Shown here: positions 38,101 to 49,586 of the stretch, in pieces
How positions within the stretch are numbered: position 1 is the stretch's first letter
Layout: each line of letters opens with the position of its first letter
Assembly (NCBI GenBank): GCA_964016885.1
Contig: OZ024742.1
Location: forward strand, 70,308,001-70,372,000
DNA from: Eledone cirrhosa
Taxonomy: Eukaryota
Direction of reading: 5' to 3'
DNA length: 64,000 nucleotides
Program-made: the position numbers and the translations under genes
Notes under the pieces: generated by a model
Databases searched by the model: none
The model's input: only the letters and a program-made list of their open reading frames with translations
Told to the model about the DNA's origin: nothing

Positions 38101-38283
38101 CCTATCCTTAAGTTCGTCTGGCAGCCCCGATTGGGGTGCGTAAGCTGATATTATTGTGGTAATTGTTTTATTCAGGACTAGTCTGAGTTTAATGATTCTT
38201 GCATTTACCCTGTACACTGAGATTACTTTATCTACCCACTTGTCAGCTAGTAGTATACCTACACCACCCATCCCATCGTCATT
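35137..38283 (-). mobile_element. Young RTE LINE (family B), 5'-truncated, disabled by small indels
   Basis: ORFs 37369-38271 (APE), 36264-37334 (RT, LLYADD), an intact PHD finger at about 36090-36225, ORF 35420-35878, ~280-bp 3' UTR and (GAT)n tail. Confidence 0.95.
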
Positions 38284-38403
38284 TATAGATACATAGTGAG
38301 AGAAGTAAAGCGAGGAAAGTTTTTTGAGTGTTGATTATAAATGTTGTTAAACCATATTTGGATGTGGAGATTAATACTAATTTAGTGTTGTCATTTATTT
38401 TAG

Positions 38404-38482
38404 CTTCAAACGACTACAGTTGCTGTTCTCTCAATATCAAACAACAACAAGCATTGATGACATAAGCAAGCAAGATAGTGAG
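38404..38482 (+). CDS. SYCP2: SYCP2-like exon 14 (FKRLQLLFSQYQTTTSIDDISKQDSE)
   Basis: tttattttag|, donor GAG|GTAATG, phase 2->0. Confidence 0.85.
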
Positions 38483-38570
38483 GTAATGAATATGTTATAA
38501 ATTTGATACCACAGATATTTCAAAACAGAATCTCTTACTGTATCGTCATATGCATAGAAATATATATATA

Positions 38571-38761
38571 TAGTGGAACCTCGGTTCACAAATTTAATTC
38601 ATTCCTGAAGGTCATTCATCAACCGAAATGTTCATAACCGAAACTATTTTTCCTATACGAATCAATGCAAAATGGATTAAATTGTACAATGGTACTTTGT
38701 GTTCAATTTCATATACAAAACCAATGTAAATCATTATATCTAACACAAAAAAATATAAACA
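38571..38761 (-). mobile_element. Tigger/pogo DNA transposon end (left of Gypsy)
   Basis: TA|AGTGGAACCTCGGTTCACAAATTTAATTCATTCC Tigger-type TIR. Confidence 0.65.
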
Positions 38762-39178
38762 TATAGATAACATGAGGGGGTTAAATTTTATCTATATCCT
38801 TTTACAATTGCATGTTATCAGTCTTCGAAGGATCTTATTTATAAGCGATAAAATCGAAGAGTTGGTAGCTTCTCATCGGTAGTAAATGCTTCGAACTTCC
38901 AGGATATAAATAAATAGCTCTTTAACGCTCAATCCTCTATAAATATAATTTTATTTGACGAAAGGAATGTAGGAGTCATTTTACAATAATTCTTTGCACG
39001 TCCGTATCATCTCCTGGTTAGCTCGGTCTGTCTGGTCTCTCGAGTGCTGTCTGAGGTTTTTCACCAGAGAGCGAGAGTGAGATTGACCATGTATTCATAT
39101 GCAACTTCCCATTGGTCAGTTTGACCTTATTGCATATGAAAATGTTGCTATTGTGAGGTGCAATGTAGTTCCACTACA
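38762..39178 (-). repeat. 3' LTR
   Basis: Direct repeat of 43120-43547, roughly 95% identical by eye, adjacent to the PPT. Confidence 0.92.
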
Positions 39179-42100
39179 TCACCCTCTGTTTAGACTGGAA
39201 AGCAGTCGATAAAAATGAGGAGAAATTGTCTGCAAAGGTAACTTAAGTCATGAAAAGCAAATACAAAAATGAAAAAAAAAAGAGAAAAAAGAAAAAAACA
39301 ATAGTTCATATGTAAATTGCGTCCACGAGGCAATATCCCTCGGAACCGAAGATTTAATGGTTTGTTGCCTAGTGTTCATAGGAGGCAGGACTTGAAAATA
39401 TGCACGCAAACGGGTCACATATAGTGTAGGGTCCTGAGTAGCAAGATCAACTGGGACAAGCATCTGCCCTGGCAAAGATAGAGTAGTGCCGTACAAAAGC
39501 TCGGCTGGAGAGAATCCAATATCCTCTTTCATTGAAGTGCGGATACCAAGTAGTACTATGGGGAGGTAGTCGCTCCAATGTAGGGTATCCGGATAGGCAC
39601 ACAATGTGGGCTTTAACTGGCGATGAAAACGCTTTACAATTCCATTAGATGCAGAGAGGTAACTGATAGTCCTGATGTGTTGAGCGCCGATGATATCCGA
39701 TAGATCTCTGAAAAGTTGGGATTCAAGCTGCCTACCATGATCTGTAGTAACAGTGGTAGGAACCCCATAGCGCGATATTCATCCTGAAACCAGGGCTCGC
39801 GCTACAGATTCAGCAGTAATGTCACTAAGAGGAATGGCTTCAGGTCATTGGGTGAAACGGTCAATACAGGTCAGGATATATGAACATCCATGACTGGCAG
39901 GCCAAGGTCCCACGATATCAATGTGTATGTGATAAAAACATGCGTCAGGTGTGCTAAATGTGCCGAGAGGTGTGTGAATATGTTTATGCACCCTCGACTT
40001 TTGACAAGATAAACAGGAACATGACCAAGCAGTGATATCACGTCTCATATTCGGCCAGAAGAATCTAGCTGAAATGAGTTTCACTGTGGCGGAAATTCTG
40101 GGGTGTGCCAAACTATGTAGAGAATCGAAAACTATTCAACGATGAATCTCTGGTACCAGAGGGCGAGGTGAATCTGAGAGTCCGAAGTGGGTACAGGCAG
40201 GTATTTAACTTTGCAGGCTGCAAATTCAGGTGAAGACAGATCCAATGACTCTAGAGTGGGCTGTTCTGCAGCCACAAGATGCAAGTCAACAGTTGCAGGT
40301 GCTGACAAAGCATTGATGGGTAGGCAAGATAAGGCATCTGCCGCTGTGTTTTGTTCACCCGGTATATGACGAATGTCATTCATAAACTGGGATATGAAGT
40401 CCAAGTGACGAGTTTCTCGAGGCGAGTATTTGTCCGGATTGGAACTGAGTGCGGACGCAAGTGGACGATGGTTGGTCAGTATAGATCGTAAACTGTCAGC
40501 CTTCCAGTGAATCCCAAAAGTGTTTCACAGCAAGCAAAATGGCTAACAGTTTGCGGCCGAAGATGCTATAGCGGGATTCGGCAGGCTTTAGCTGCTTAGA
40601 AAAGAAAGCAAGAGGTTGAAGCTGTTGTTGGTGATGCTGTTGCAATACTGCACTCACCGCTGTGCTTGATGCATCAACAACCAGCGAAAACTGGGCACCA
40701 GACACAGGGTGAGCAAGCAGAGATGCGTTTGCTAAATTTTGTTTAGCTTTGGAGAATGCTTCAAGCTGCATGGGTCCCAAAGCGATTGGCTCGTTCTTCT
40801 TCTTTCTGTTACACAGAAGATCAGATAGTGGAGCTAAGAGTTCTGCGCAATGCGGGATAAACCGACGATAATAATTTAGGAGGCCCAGGAACTGCCGCAT
40901 CTGTCGCAAAGAAGTAGGCGGAGGGAGTTCCTGAAGAGCCTTCCCTTTCTCAGGAAGTGGGAATATTCACTCAGAGTTTATCACGTGGCCTAAAAAGACG
41001 AGTGAAGCAGCGTCAAAAATACACTTCGCAGGGTTATGTGAACTTGGTACTGCCTAAATCATTCAAACAGTTGGCGGAGGTGCAAGATATGGTCCTCCGG
41101 TGAAGCACTCGCGATGAGAGTATCGTCGATGTAGCAATATACAAAATCCAGGTCACGGACGACTTCGTCCATAAATCGCTGGAAGGTATTAGCAGCATTG
41201 TGTAGTCCAAAAGGCATTGTTAAAAACTAGAATGCACTGAAAGGTGTAGTAACAGCAGTTTTAGGAATGTCCGCAGGATTCGCAGGAATTTGATGGTATG
41301 CTCTGATCAGGCCCAATTTTGAAAAGATAGTACATCCATGAAGCGAAGATGTGAGGAATTGGGTAACGGTCCGGTACGGTGATCGAATTTAATCGCCGAA
41401 AATCTCCAGTGGGACGCCAGTCTCCCGAACGTTTCGGCACCATGTGCAAAGGCGAGGCCCACGGACTAGAAGAAGGGCAAATGATACCCAACTGCAGCAT
41501 ATGGTTAAACTCTGTCTTAGCCGTTTTCAATTTTTCCGGAGCAAGGTGACGCGGGTGTGAAAAAACTGGAGCACCCTTAGTCTCAATAAAATGTTTGGTA
41601 GATTGAGTAGGGGTATCTGCAACAAAGTTCAGGTTCATTAATTCCGGAAAGGAATGCAAAAGCGCATGATACGGGTCATCCAAAGCAGCGATGTAGAAGA
41701 CTGGACTGATAGACTGGATTACTGAAGTACGCCCAAGCGCAGAAAGATTTGTAGTTGCGTCCAATAAATAACGTGTCCGCATATAAACCATAAGATTGAA
41801 ATGATGTAAAAAGTCAGCACACAGAATGGGATATGGCATTTCAGCTATGGTGAAAATCCAGGTCCAAAGAGCGAGAGATTTGGCCATATGTAGGGATAGC
41901 TGAATGGTTTATAGCTTGTAGTGATATGTGTGAGAGAGGAGGTTTCTCTTTCAAGAGTTTTAACGGCCAAATGCTGCAAGACGCACCCGTGTCGATGAGG
42001 CAGTGTGCGTGCGAGAAGGAATCCGTAATGAAAAATACACGACTTTCAGTACAGAATTGCGGAGAAGACGTTGTGCTTAATTCTCCATTACTTCGTTTCC

Positions 42101-43119
42101 CCGGAGTGAAAAGGAACAAGGCTGGATACATTTATGGGCAGAGGCTCCGAAACGGTTGTGGTAAAAGCATGATCGCAATCGTGAAGGCTGGAAATGACGA
42201 CGTGAAGAATTCGAGCGATTCCGCGACCGTTGTCGGGGAGATCTCAATCTGGATAAACGAAAAAGTTGTACCTCCTTCGTAAGGTCATGGATGGCCTTTA
42301 GTGTTGCTTTGTTGGTCGAAGTGGCGCTGGCTGGAAAAGGTGAAGCATTTGTTGCAAGTCGTGATGGGGTAGTAGTGGTCGAATTGCCGGAGTACTCCAA
42401 AATGTTATCAGCAGATGACGCCAACTGATCCACTGAACTGATTTTGGTCATCGCTGCTAAGATGGCCTGGAAATTAGGCAGCAGCCCAGAGAAGAAAAGC
42501 TGCTTGATCATGGCGCTGTCGGCCGGTGTGTCTTCCACCAGCTCTCTCATCCTCCACAAGAGCTGTGTAGGTGTATAGTCGCCAAGGTGTCGTTAACTAG
42601 AGTGCGAAACTTCCTTTCCGCCGAGACAGAATTGCGGTTAAGAATTTCTTTTTTTATGCTGCAATAGGTAGCCTCCGGAGCCGGGTCGGTAATCAAGTCC
42701 TTAACTGTTGGTGTTAAGGAAGCAGGAATGGCACTCAGTAAATGATGGAGCTGTCTAGAGTCAGACGAAATATTGTGTGCGAGGAAAAATGATTCTATTT
42801 GTGCCAACCAGATTCACACATCCCCGCAAAAAGAACGGTAGTGAATTACTTGACATTGTTGGAGAAAGACGTTCGTAAACTTTAACAAAATAGTTGTGAA
42901 CAAAACATGTAAAAATAATTTTTTAAGTTCTGTAGTATCCTTGCAACAGTAGAGAGTGCGCTTATGTTGGCCAAAGTAAAAAGCGCGGGAATCAGTGATG
43001 AAGGAGAAGAAGGTGAGACACCATATTGAACAAAAATGCCATGTGCGAAGGAAATATCGTGTTATTGTAAGCTCGACATGTGTGTGAAGGATGTATTCTT
43101 TACAGTCGGGTCACCATTT

Positions 43120-43547
43120 TATAGATAACATGAGAGGTTAAATTTTATCTATATCCTTTTACAATTGCATGTTATCAGTCTTCGAAGAATCTTATTTATA
43201 AGTGATATAATTGAAATACCTTAATCGAAGAGTTGGTAGCTTCTCATCGGTAGTAAATGCTTCTGACTTCCAGGATATAAATAAATAGCTCTTTAACGCG
43301 CAATCATCTATAAATATAATTTTATTTGACGAAAGGAATGTAGGAGTCATTTTACAATAATTCTTCGCGCGTCTGTATCATCTCCTGGTCAGCTCAGTCT
43401 GTCTGTCTGGTCTCTCGAGTGCTGTCTGAGGTTTTTCACCAGAGAGCGAGAGTGACCATGTATTCATACGCAACTTCCCATTGGTCAGTTTGACCTTATT
43501 GCATATGAAAATGTTGCTATTGCAAGGTGCGACGTAGTTCCACTACA
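43120..43547 (-). repeat. 5' LTR
   Basis: Direct repeat of 38762-39178, adjacent to the PBS. Confidence 0.92.
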
Positions 43548-44050
43548 TCCACAATACTAAACAGATAAAATATACACAAAAACTTAATTCAATTTTACAT
43601 GTACAGAAGAGAATTAGTGGTGTAAGTGGAAGGTGGTGAGGAAGGGAAGAGATGTTATTGTTTTGAATGGGAGTCTCATTCCATAGAAACATCAGGTAAC
43701 TGGCTTTCTGGAGATTTTTTTCTGTCTCTTAGCATCCCTTGATTCTGCTTGAAACTTACTGGGCCTCTGTCTCACGAAAATGTGTCCAATTTGATTTGTT
43801 TTTGTCTACATTTTAAAATGTTTCTAAAGTCAGACATGTCATTTTCACTGAAAATGTTTATGACATGGTTAGCTACTGCTTTATCAACGCGATATCGTTC
43901 TATGAAACTTTGCACCTCGCACCATTTTTGCACAAATTTTGCAGACCAAAGAAGTAGGAATATCCTCCCTTCCTTCCTCTTTTTTTATTCATGTTGTATG
44001 ATCTTAGGGCACACGGGACACTTTTTCAAATTGATATGCATTTAAACTTT
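43548..44050 (-). mobile_element. Tigger/pogo transposase C-terminal remnant (right of Gypsy)
   Basis: Minus translation WCEVQSFIERYRVDKAVANHVINIFSENDMSDFRNILKCRQKQIKLDTF resembles Tigger C-termini. Confidence 0.65.
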
Positions 44051-44261
44051 AGTCTGCATTCTCTGTTCTCGTTGTGTCTATCTAGATAGAACCAAATGAA
44101 CACTTTGCCTTCTGCAACTAACATATTCACAGACTAAAACTCTAAACAAACCTTTGGAGCTCTGTTGATTTCAATAAGTGTTCCAGTTGATCAGTGAGTA
44201 GAACAGTCTACTTATGAATGTGTATGTGGCTGATAATTCTACAGACATATGCACCCCTTAA

Positions 44262-44446
44262 CTCTTATTATTTCTGATAAAAGAGATTATAATTTTGAAA
44301 ATAATCGAGAATTTTGGGAGAATTTAATAAAATAACTTTGTTATGAAGCTGTTGTTTTTAAAAAAAAATTAATATAAATTCTTTAAAACAACCAGTTTTG
44401 TATCGTAGGACCAAGAGTGGTTCAAAGCCATCAAGTATCAAAAAGG
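44262..44446. mobile_element. piggyBac-like MITE, diverged
   Basis: TTAA flanks, ends GTATCAAAAAGG|TTAA. Confidence 0.5.
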
Positions 44447-44959
44447 TTAACATAATCTTAATGTAGAATCTGTAATACATTGACAAGACTGCACCTTTGA
44501 ATTGCAGGTGAAATCCATTTGATGGGCTTCCATAGTTTCTATCTTGCCAATTTAACCCATATGCCCAAGGTACGATGCAGTGGGGTATGACACTTTCCCA
44601 AGGTGCTTTGCTGTGGGGCTGTAGCTGGAACTGCATGATTGCAAAGGAAACTTCTTAATCACTTGACCATACCTACATCTAATAAAACTATAAATATTAA
44701 TGTTTCAATATACATTGTATATATAAAATAGCCCAAAGGAAATTTATATATTTCTTTTATATATTATATCTCTTTAGCATTTATTTTTTTTTCATCCAGT
44801 GTGCATTTGAATCTAATAACAGATGAGTGCATGAAAACTGTTAAGATGCCTAGCATTGAATTCAACAGCATCTTCAATGTGGTTTCTTGTTTTATACACA
44901 TAAAGTCAGTCAAAACTGATATATTAAATTCCAATTTTCAACATATTTTTTTAATTATT

Positions 44960-46625
44960 CAAAGCTTATAGTGTATAGGCAAACATATCTAAAATTCTTC
45001 ACTATAGTCGTTATTAATTCTAACCTTACTGACTGTTCCTCTATATATGGATTATACTGCCCTTGAAAGCCACTCATATACTCCTAGTTTTCTAAGAGCC
45101 CACCAGATAATGAAATGGGGGACTCATGTCAAAAGCTTTCTCCAGGTCAATAAATGCCAAGCAGAGGGGTTTGCTTTTAGCTAGGTAGTTCTCTTGCAGT
45201 TGCCTCATGAGGAAGAGGGCCTCCATGGTACTTTTTTCCTGGGATAAATCTGTACTGCATCTCATCTAGGTTAACTTGATTCCTAATCAGCTGTGCGATA
45301 ACTCTTTCTGTAACTTTCATGAACTGGTCCATCAGTTTTATAACTTGGTAGTTCCCCTTGTCTACGGCATCACCCTTGCCTTTATAGCAGTTGATGATGA
45401 TGATGCTATGCCAGTCATTGGGTGTAGCACTATTTTGTATAACTTTGTACATCTTTTAACGTCTATCTTCCACACTAGCATGGAGTGATTATGGTGTCCT
45501 ACCATCCCAGATGCTTTTAGCATCTCAGCAACTATACCCAATAGCCCCACTGCTATGCCTGATTTCATGTCCTTTATTTGCCTTACTTACTACACTGTTG
45601 CTGACTTGCACTTCTGGTCCCTCTGTAGGTTCCACCAAATAGAGGGGTTTACTCTTAGCCTCACAAGGAAAAGAGCATTGGGAATGACACCATTTTGTAT
45701 TACTTTGTTTACAATGTGAATGGTTGAGGCGTGATCCACCATCTCAGCAACTATCTCTGAAGGTCCAGCTGCTTTAACTGTCTTCATATCTTTGATTGCC
45801 TTATTTACTATGCTACTTCTGACTTGTACAGCTAATCCCTCTGTTGGGGCAAACTATCTTCTTCCCATGCATTCTCCTCATTCAGTAGTCTTTCATGGAG
45901 GCACTTCCATGCTACCTTCTTTTCAGCATCATTGAGGGCAAGCACACCATTATCATCTATCAACATCACAATTTTCCGACACCTCCTCGCAATCCTGAAC
46001 ACCTCATGCCTTTGTTCCTTGCATTGTAGAACATGTTTAAATTTATTTTCTGCGTCTCTTCTTACAAAGTATACTTGTCGCCTAGCATCTTGGTTGTGCT
46101 CTCTAATTGCCTCATCCATTCTACTATTCCACCACCAAGTCACTCTCCTACCTATAGACATGCTCCAATTGCAGTTTGTTGCATTCAGTAGGTTATCTTT
46201 AAAGAACTCTCCCACTGCTCCTCTATATCGTATGTCTCTATTTGCTCTTCCTTACTGTCAAAAGTGTCACGCAACATGCCTCTAAATTTGTTACTGGCTA
46301 CAGGATCCTTTAACTTTCATATTTTTCTCCTTCAGGTCATCTTCTGTCATTGAGTTCATGTAGCCCTAACTATATGATCACTAACTACTAGGTTATGTTG
46401 GAGGGACTTTGTGTTTACAACTGTCACTCTATTTCGTCTTCTGGTGAGGGTAAAATCTATAAAACCTGGCATGCTCGCTTGAACTATAGGTTATCAAGTG
46501 ATTGTCTGGTTTTTTGAAGTTTGTATTAATGAGAGATAGAATTGCAGAAGGCTGGAATCTTCATTTCTATCACTGAATCCATAACCTCCATAGATCCTTT
46601 CAAAGCCATCACAGTATTGTCCAAC
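44960..46625 (-). mobile_element. Old RTE LINE, rearranged (EN + RT N-terminal part)
   Basis: [25 protein letters not shown], with internal duplication and an inserted tail fragment. Confidence 0.8.
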
Positions 46626-47239
46626 AGAAATACAAGAAACATTTGGTTTAATGGACCCTATTTTACTAACTTTATGAACCAAATAATAATACAATACTCT
46701 ATCATGACTATAGTCATGATAAAATGCCCTTCAATTACACTATGCAAAGAGAACAAAAAATTACATATTCTTATGAATAATTTTATAAGATTTGTTTTGG
46801 TTTTATACATTAAAAACAAAAATTAGCTCTAGCTTACCTCTATTTTAACAAACTTTTAGTATTAACAGACACATCTTCCCTCCATTAATTCATTAATCAA
46901 GGTTTTACTGTATATTCTCACATAGTTGCTTCTACATCATATATAAGATTTAAGTGCACACATCATCATCACCATTTAATGTCCACGTTTCCACGCTGGC
47001 ATGGGTTAGACGAATTATCCTGTTATAAGCAATTCCAGGTCAGGTGACCATGTCTTGCCCATACAGAACTTTAATTTCCTCCTAGTTATGTAATCCTTCA
47101 TACTATTTAATTATTGATTAATTAGTAATCTAGTTAGGGATATTCTCCTTTAATATATAAATAATATAATTTGGAAGTAAAGAAAACACTGAAACAAAAA
47201 CACTTTAGATAAACATAGTTTAATGTGTTCTTTCTCCAG

Positions 47240-47305
47240 GTTGAAGTGAAAGGTATCCTGAAAGCTGAAATGAATGACCTGCAGAAAAAGTTTCTTCTTG
47301 AAGCT
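47240..47305 (+). CDS. SYCP2: SYCP2-like exon 15 (VEVKGILKAEMNDLQKKFLLEA)
   Basis: ttctttctccag|, donor GCT|GTAAGT, phase 0->0. Matches SYCP3 [15 protein letters not shown]. Confidence 0.9.
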
Positions 47306-48251
47306 GTAAGTATTGACTTCCCTTTTTTATTTTAAACAAGAGAGACAGACAATTCTGTTACAGTGGCTTGGACTGGGGACTACCAGCAAAATATTACTGG
47401 TATTTTAAGGATTTTGGAGAAAAGAAATGCAATGTTAACCTTGATAGAGGTTAAACGTAAACAGACGCACACTTTACATCATTTACAAAAGCATTCATCA
47501 CATACAACTTTTTCTTATGGTCTGCTCTGCTCTGGAGGGAGAGGAGAACTGTGCCCATGGCTTTTGCAGGCTCTGAGTGACTAGTGAGATTAACACAGTT
47601 GATGTTCTTGAACCACAGCAAAAAATATGAATAAGGAGGAAATTCCACTGTAGTAGCAATAGATGAGGCAGGGTGAAGAGACATACAAGCTTCTAGCCTA
47701 CAAACATGCTCTATTGCCAATCAATCTAGTGTCCTTTTTTTGAGGCTATAATTTTCTACATTTATATAATGATTTCTTCCATTGGTATGAACTTTATTGT
47801 CCCATTATGGGCACAAGCCTCTCAATCCAAGCAGGACTTGAGCTTAATGCATCCAGTCTAGCATTCTGCTGCCCTCTGGAGTAAAATAATACATCTTGTT
47901 CTATATAACAAAATATCCCTAATACAGACAATTCTTCTGTTGAAACAAATGGTTTCACAACTGAATGAAAGCTCTTCTTACAACCATTATCACTCAACCA
48001 TGAAGTAGAGAGCAGAGTTTGTGTTTTGTTCAGTCAGGTAAAGTAGTGGAACAAACAGAATTAAATGTCTTGCTGAGAGACATACTATAATGGCAATAGT
48101 TAAGTGTGAACACACCAATATGTAGTTAAGTAGTCTAATGCCACATATTGTACTGGTGTACACTAGGGGGTGGGGAATATATTCTCAGTAGATAACCTTG
48201 ATTTCTCCCCTTTGAAAATATAATTTTTTTTCTTTTTGTTTTCCTTTCTAG

Positions 48252-48305
48252 AACCAGCAAGAGAAGCAACAGATCAGAAGTCGTCTTAGCAAAATTCTCT
48301 TCTGA
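48252..48305 (+). CDS. SYCP2: SYCP2-like terminal exon (NQQEKQQIRSRLSKILF*)
   Basis: ttttcctttctag|, TGA at 48303-48305. Matches the SYCP3 C-terminal motif [17 protein letters not shown]. Confidence 0.9.
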   Translation, partial: NQQEKQQIRSRLSKILF

Positions 48306-48712
48306 ATTAGCCACAGTTTCTGCTTTTATAAATTAATCCAAGTTTGATTAATTTCTCTGTTCAATTACATCGTTTCATCTCATATAAAACTAAACAAACA
48401 TGTCAAAGTGTATTGTATTGATTTTATTTTTATTATTATTTTCAGCTTAATAACTATATGTAAATCTGTACAACAATTAAAATAACCACTGCACATGTCA
48501 CTGACCATCGGATAACAGGCAATACTACATTGCAGCAGGTGTGTGTTGTGTGTGTGTCTGTGAGAGAGAAAGAAAGAAAAAGGAGGCAGTGGTAGAGCAA
48601 CCACAAAATATAAGGTACCCTAGTAAAGGGTCAGCCTGCTGCATTGTTTTCATGGAATCTCCTGGAAAGGGTTAGACTTATTCTCAGCAAGGAAAAGACC
48701 AAGCAGTTTCTT

Positions 48713-48958
48713 TCAGGAGGTTGGGTTGTTACTGTTGTTATCAAATGTGGTTGGGGAAGAAGTGGTAGTGGTGGTGGTGGTGGTAGTGGTGGCAGTAGTA
48801 ATGCTGCTTAACGAAGCAGGAGGACTGCTGACAGCAGAAGTGAGCACTGATGGACCTTGTCCACTATTTTCTCTGGTCAGCCGTGGGTCCTTCGGCCAGG
48901 GTTTAGCTCGTACACGGTAGAATTTGGTGCCCATTGGCACACGATACCGATTCTGGTA
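48713..48958 (-). CDS. RB1CC1: RB1CC1 terminal exon (Claw end + 60-aa Ser/Thr tail)
   Basis: Acceptor ttcttctattttcag|TAC. Encodes YQNRYRVPMGTKFYRVRAKPW...NNPTS*. Confidence 0.95.
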   Translation of the reverse strand, partial: YQNRYRVPMGTKFYRVRAKPWPKDPRLTRENSGQGPSVLTSAVSSPPASLSSITTATTTTTTTTTTSSPTTFDNNSNNPTS

Positions 48959-49050
48959 CTGAAAATAGAAGAAACAAAATTATGTCAGGTGTTATCCTCT
49001 TGATTAATGGTGTGGAAATGTAGGGTAAGACGAAGAACTTAACAACTCAC

Positions 49051-49121
49051 TTTTTTAGCAATGCAGTATTCCTTGTCTGTAATAATTCCCAACACCCAGG
49101 GCTCACGCGGTGAACTCATAC
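49051..49121 (-). CDS. RB1CC1: RB1CC1 exon (MSSPREPWVLGIITDKEYCIAKK)
   Basis: ttattttag| ... |GTGAG, phase 1->0. Confidence 0.95.
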
Positions 49122-49251
49122 CTAAAATAAAATAAAAATTATATATATATACACAATGGGGGTGTTTAATACCTAGCAAACATATACATACACATGTTTA
49201 TAATCTACAAGATTTTTATTGAGACAAGGTATGAAGGAAATTGGAACTTAC

Positions 49252-49379
49252 GTGATCGTAGTCCCAGGTTTTCAAGACAGTCTGTATGTAGGAAATGTAA
49301 AGTGTTGCCTACTGTAAATACTACATAATGTCCATGTTCCTCATCTAAACAGAGCAGCACCAGGTCTCCAGGCTGGAAA
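49252..49379 (-). CDS. RB1CC1: RB1CC1 exon (FQPGDLVLLCLDEEHGHYVVFTVGNTLHFLHTDCLENLGLRS)
   Basis: cttttctacttacag| ... |GTAAG, phase 2->1. Confidence 0.95.
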
Positions 49380-49530
49380 CTGTAAGTAGAAAAGATAAAT
49401 CAGAATGTAATATAGGCTACAACATGGTGTGACTAAAGTAAAGTGAGTGACTGTGGTGATGTGGGTCACAGGTGTGACTGTGGTAAAGTGGGCTATATTA
49501 GAAGGTTTTATCGCAAAGTTAGTAACTGAC

Positions 49531-49586
49531 CTTGTGATGGAAACTTTATCTTGGTCAAAGACACTGGCACTCATGGATAACTCCAT
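49531..49586 (-). CDS. RB1CC1: RB1CC1 exon (MELSMSASVFDQDKVSIT)
   Basis: gtttttcttccag| ... AG|GTCAG, phase 0->2. Confidence 0.9.

Larger units (their letters stand above)
38762..43547 (-). mobile_element. Ty3/Gypsy LTR retrotransposon, CsRN1 lineage, full-length but decayed
   Basis: LTRs 38762-39178 and 43120-43547. PBS TGGTGACCCGAC (tRNA-Trp-like, 43105-43116). PPT AGAGGGTGA. Gag with CHCC knuckle CFYHNRFGASAHKCIQPC, PR (LIDTGA), RT (YIDD), RNase H (VDAS), IN (HIDIVGP). Confidence 0.93.
1044..48305 (+). other. SYCP2: Gene model (16 coding exons, 5'-incomplete): synaptonemal-complex axial element protein, SYCP2-like, with C-terminal Cor1/SYCP3-type coiled coil
   Basis: 16 GT-AG exons join with matching phases into one ORF of about 715 codons. 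The C-terminus (LGSDMKKLITAKQANISAITKETQTNTEKAISKIW...LKAEMNDLQKKFLLEANQQEKQQIRSRLSKILF) aligns with recalled human SYCP3 ([35 protein letters not shown]...[33 protein letters not shown]). Length and the upstream motifs (NYKEIDS, EVSWI, IEIAR, LPKK) resemble SYCP2. An N-terminally extended SYCP3 is the alternative. Confidence 0.65.
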
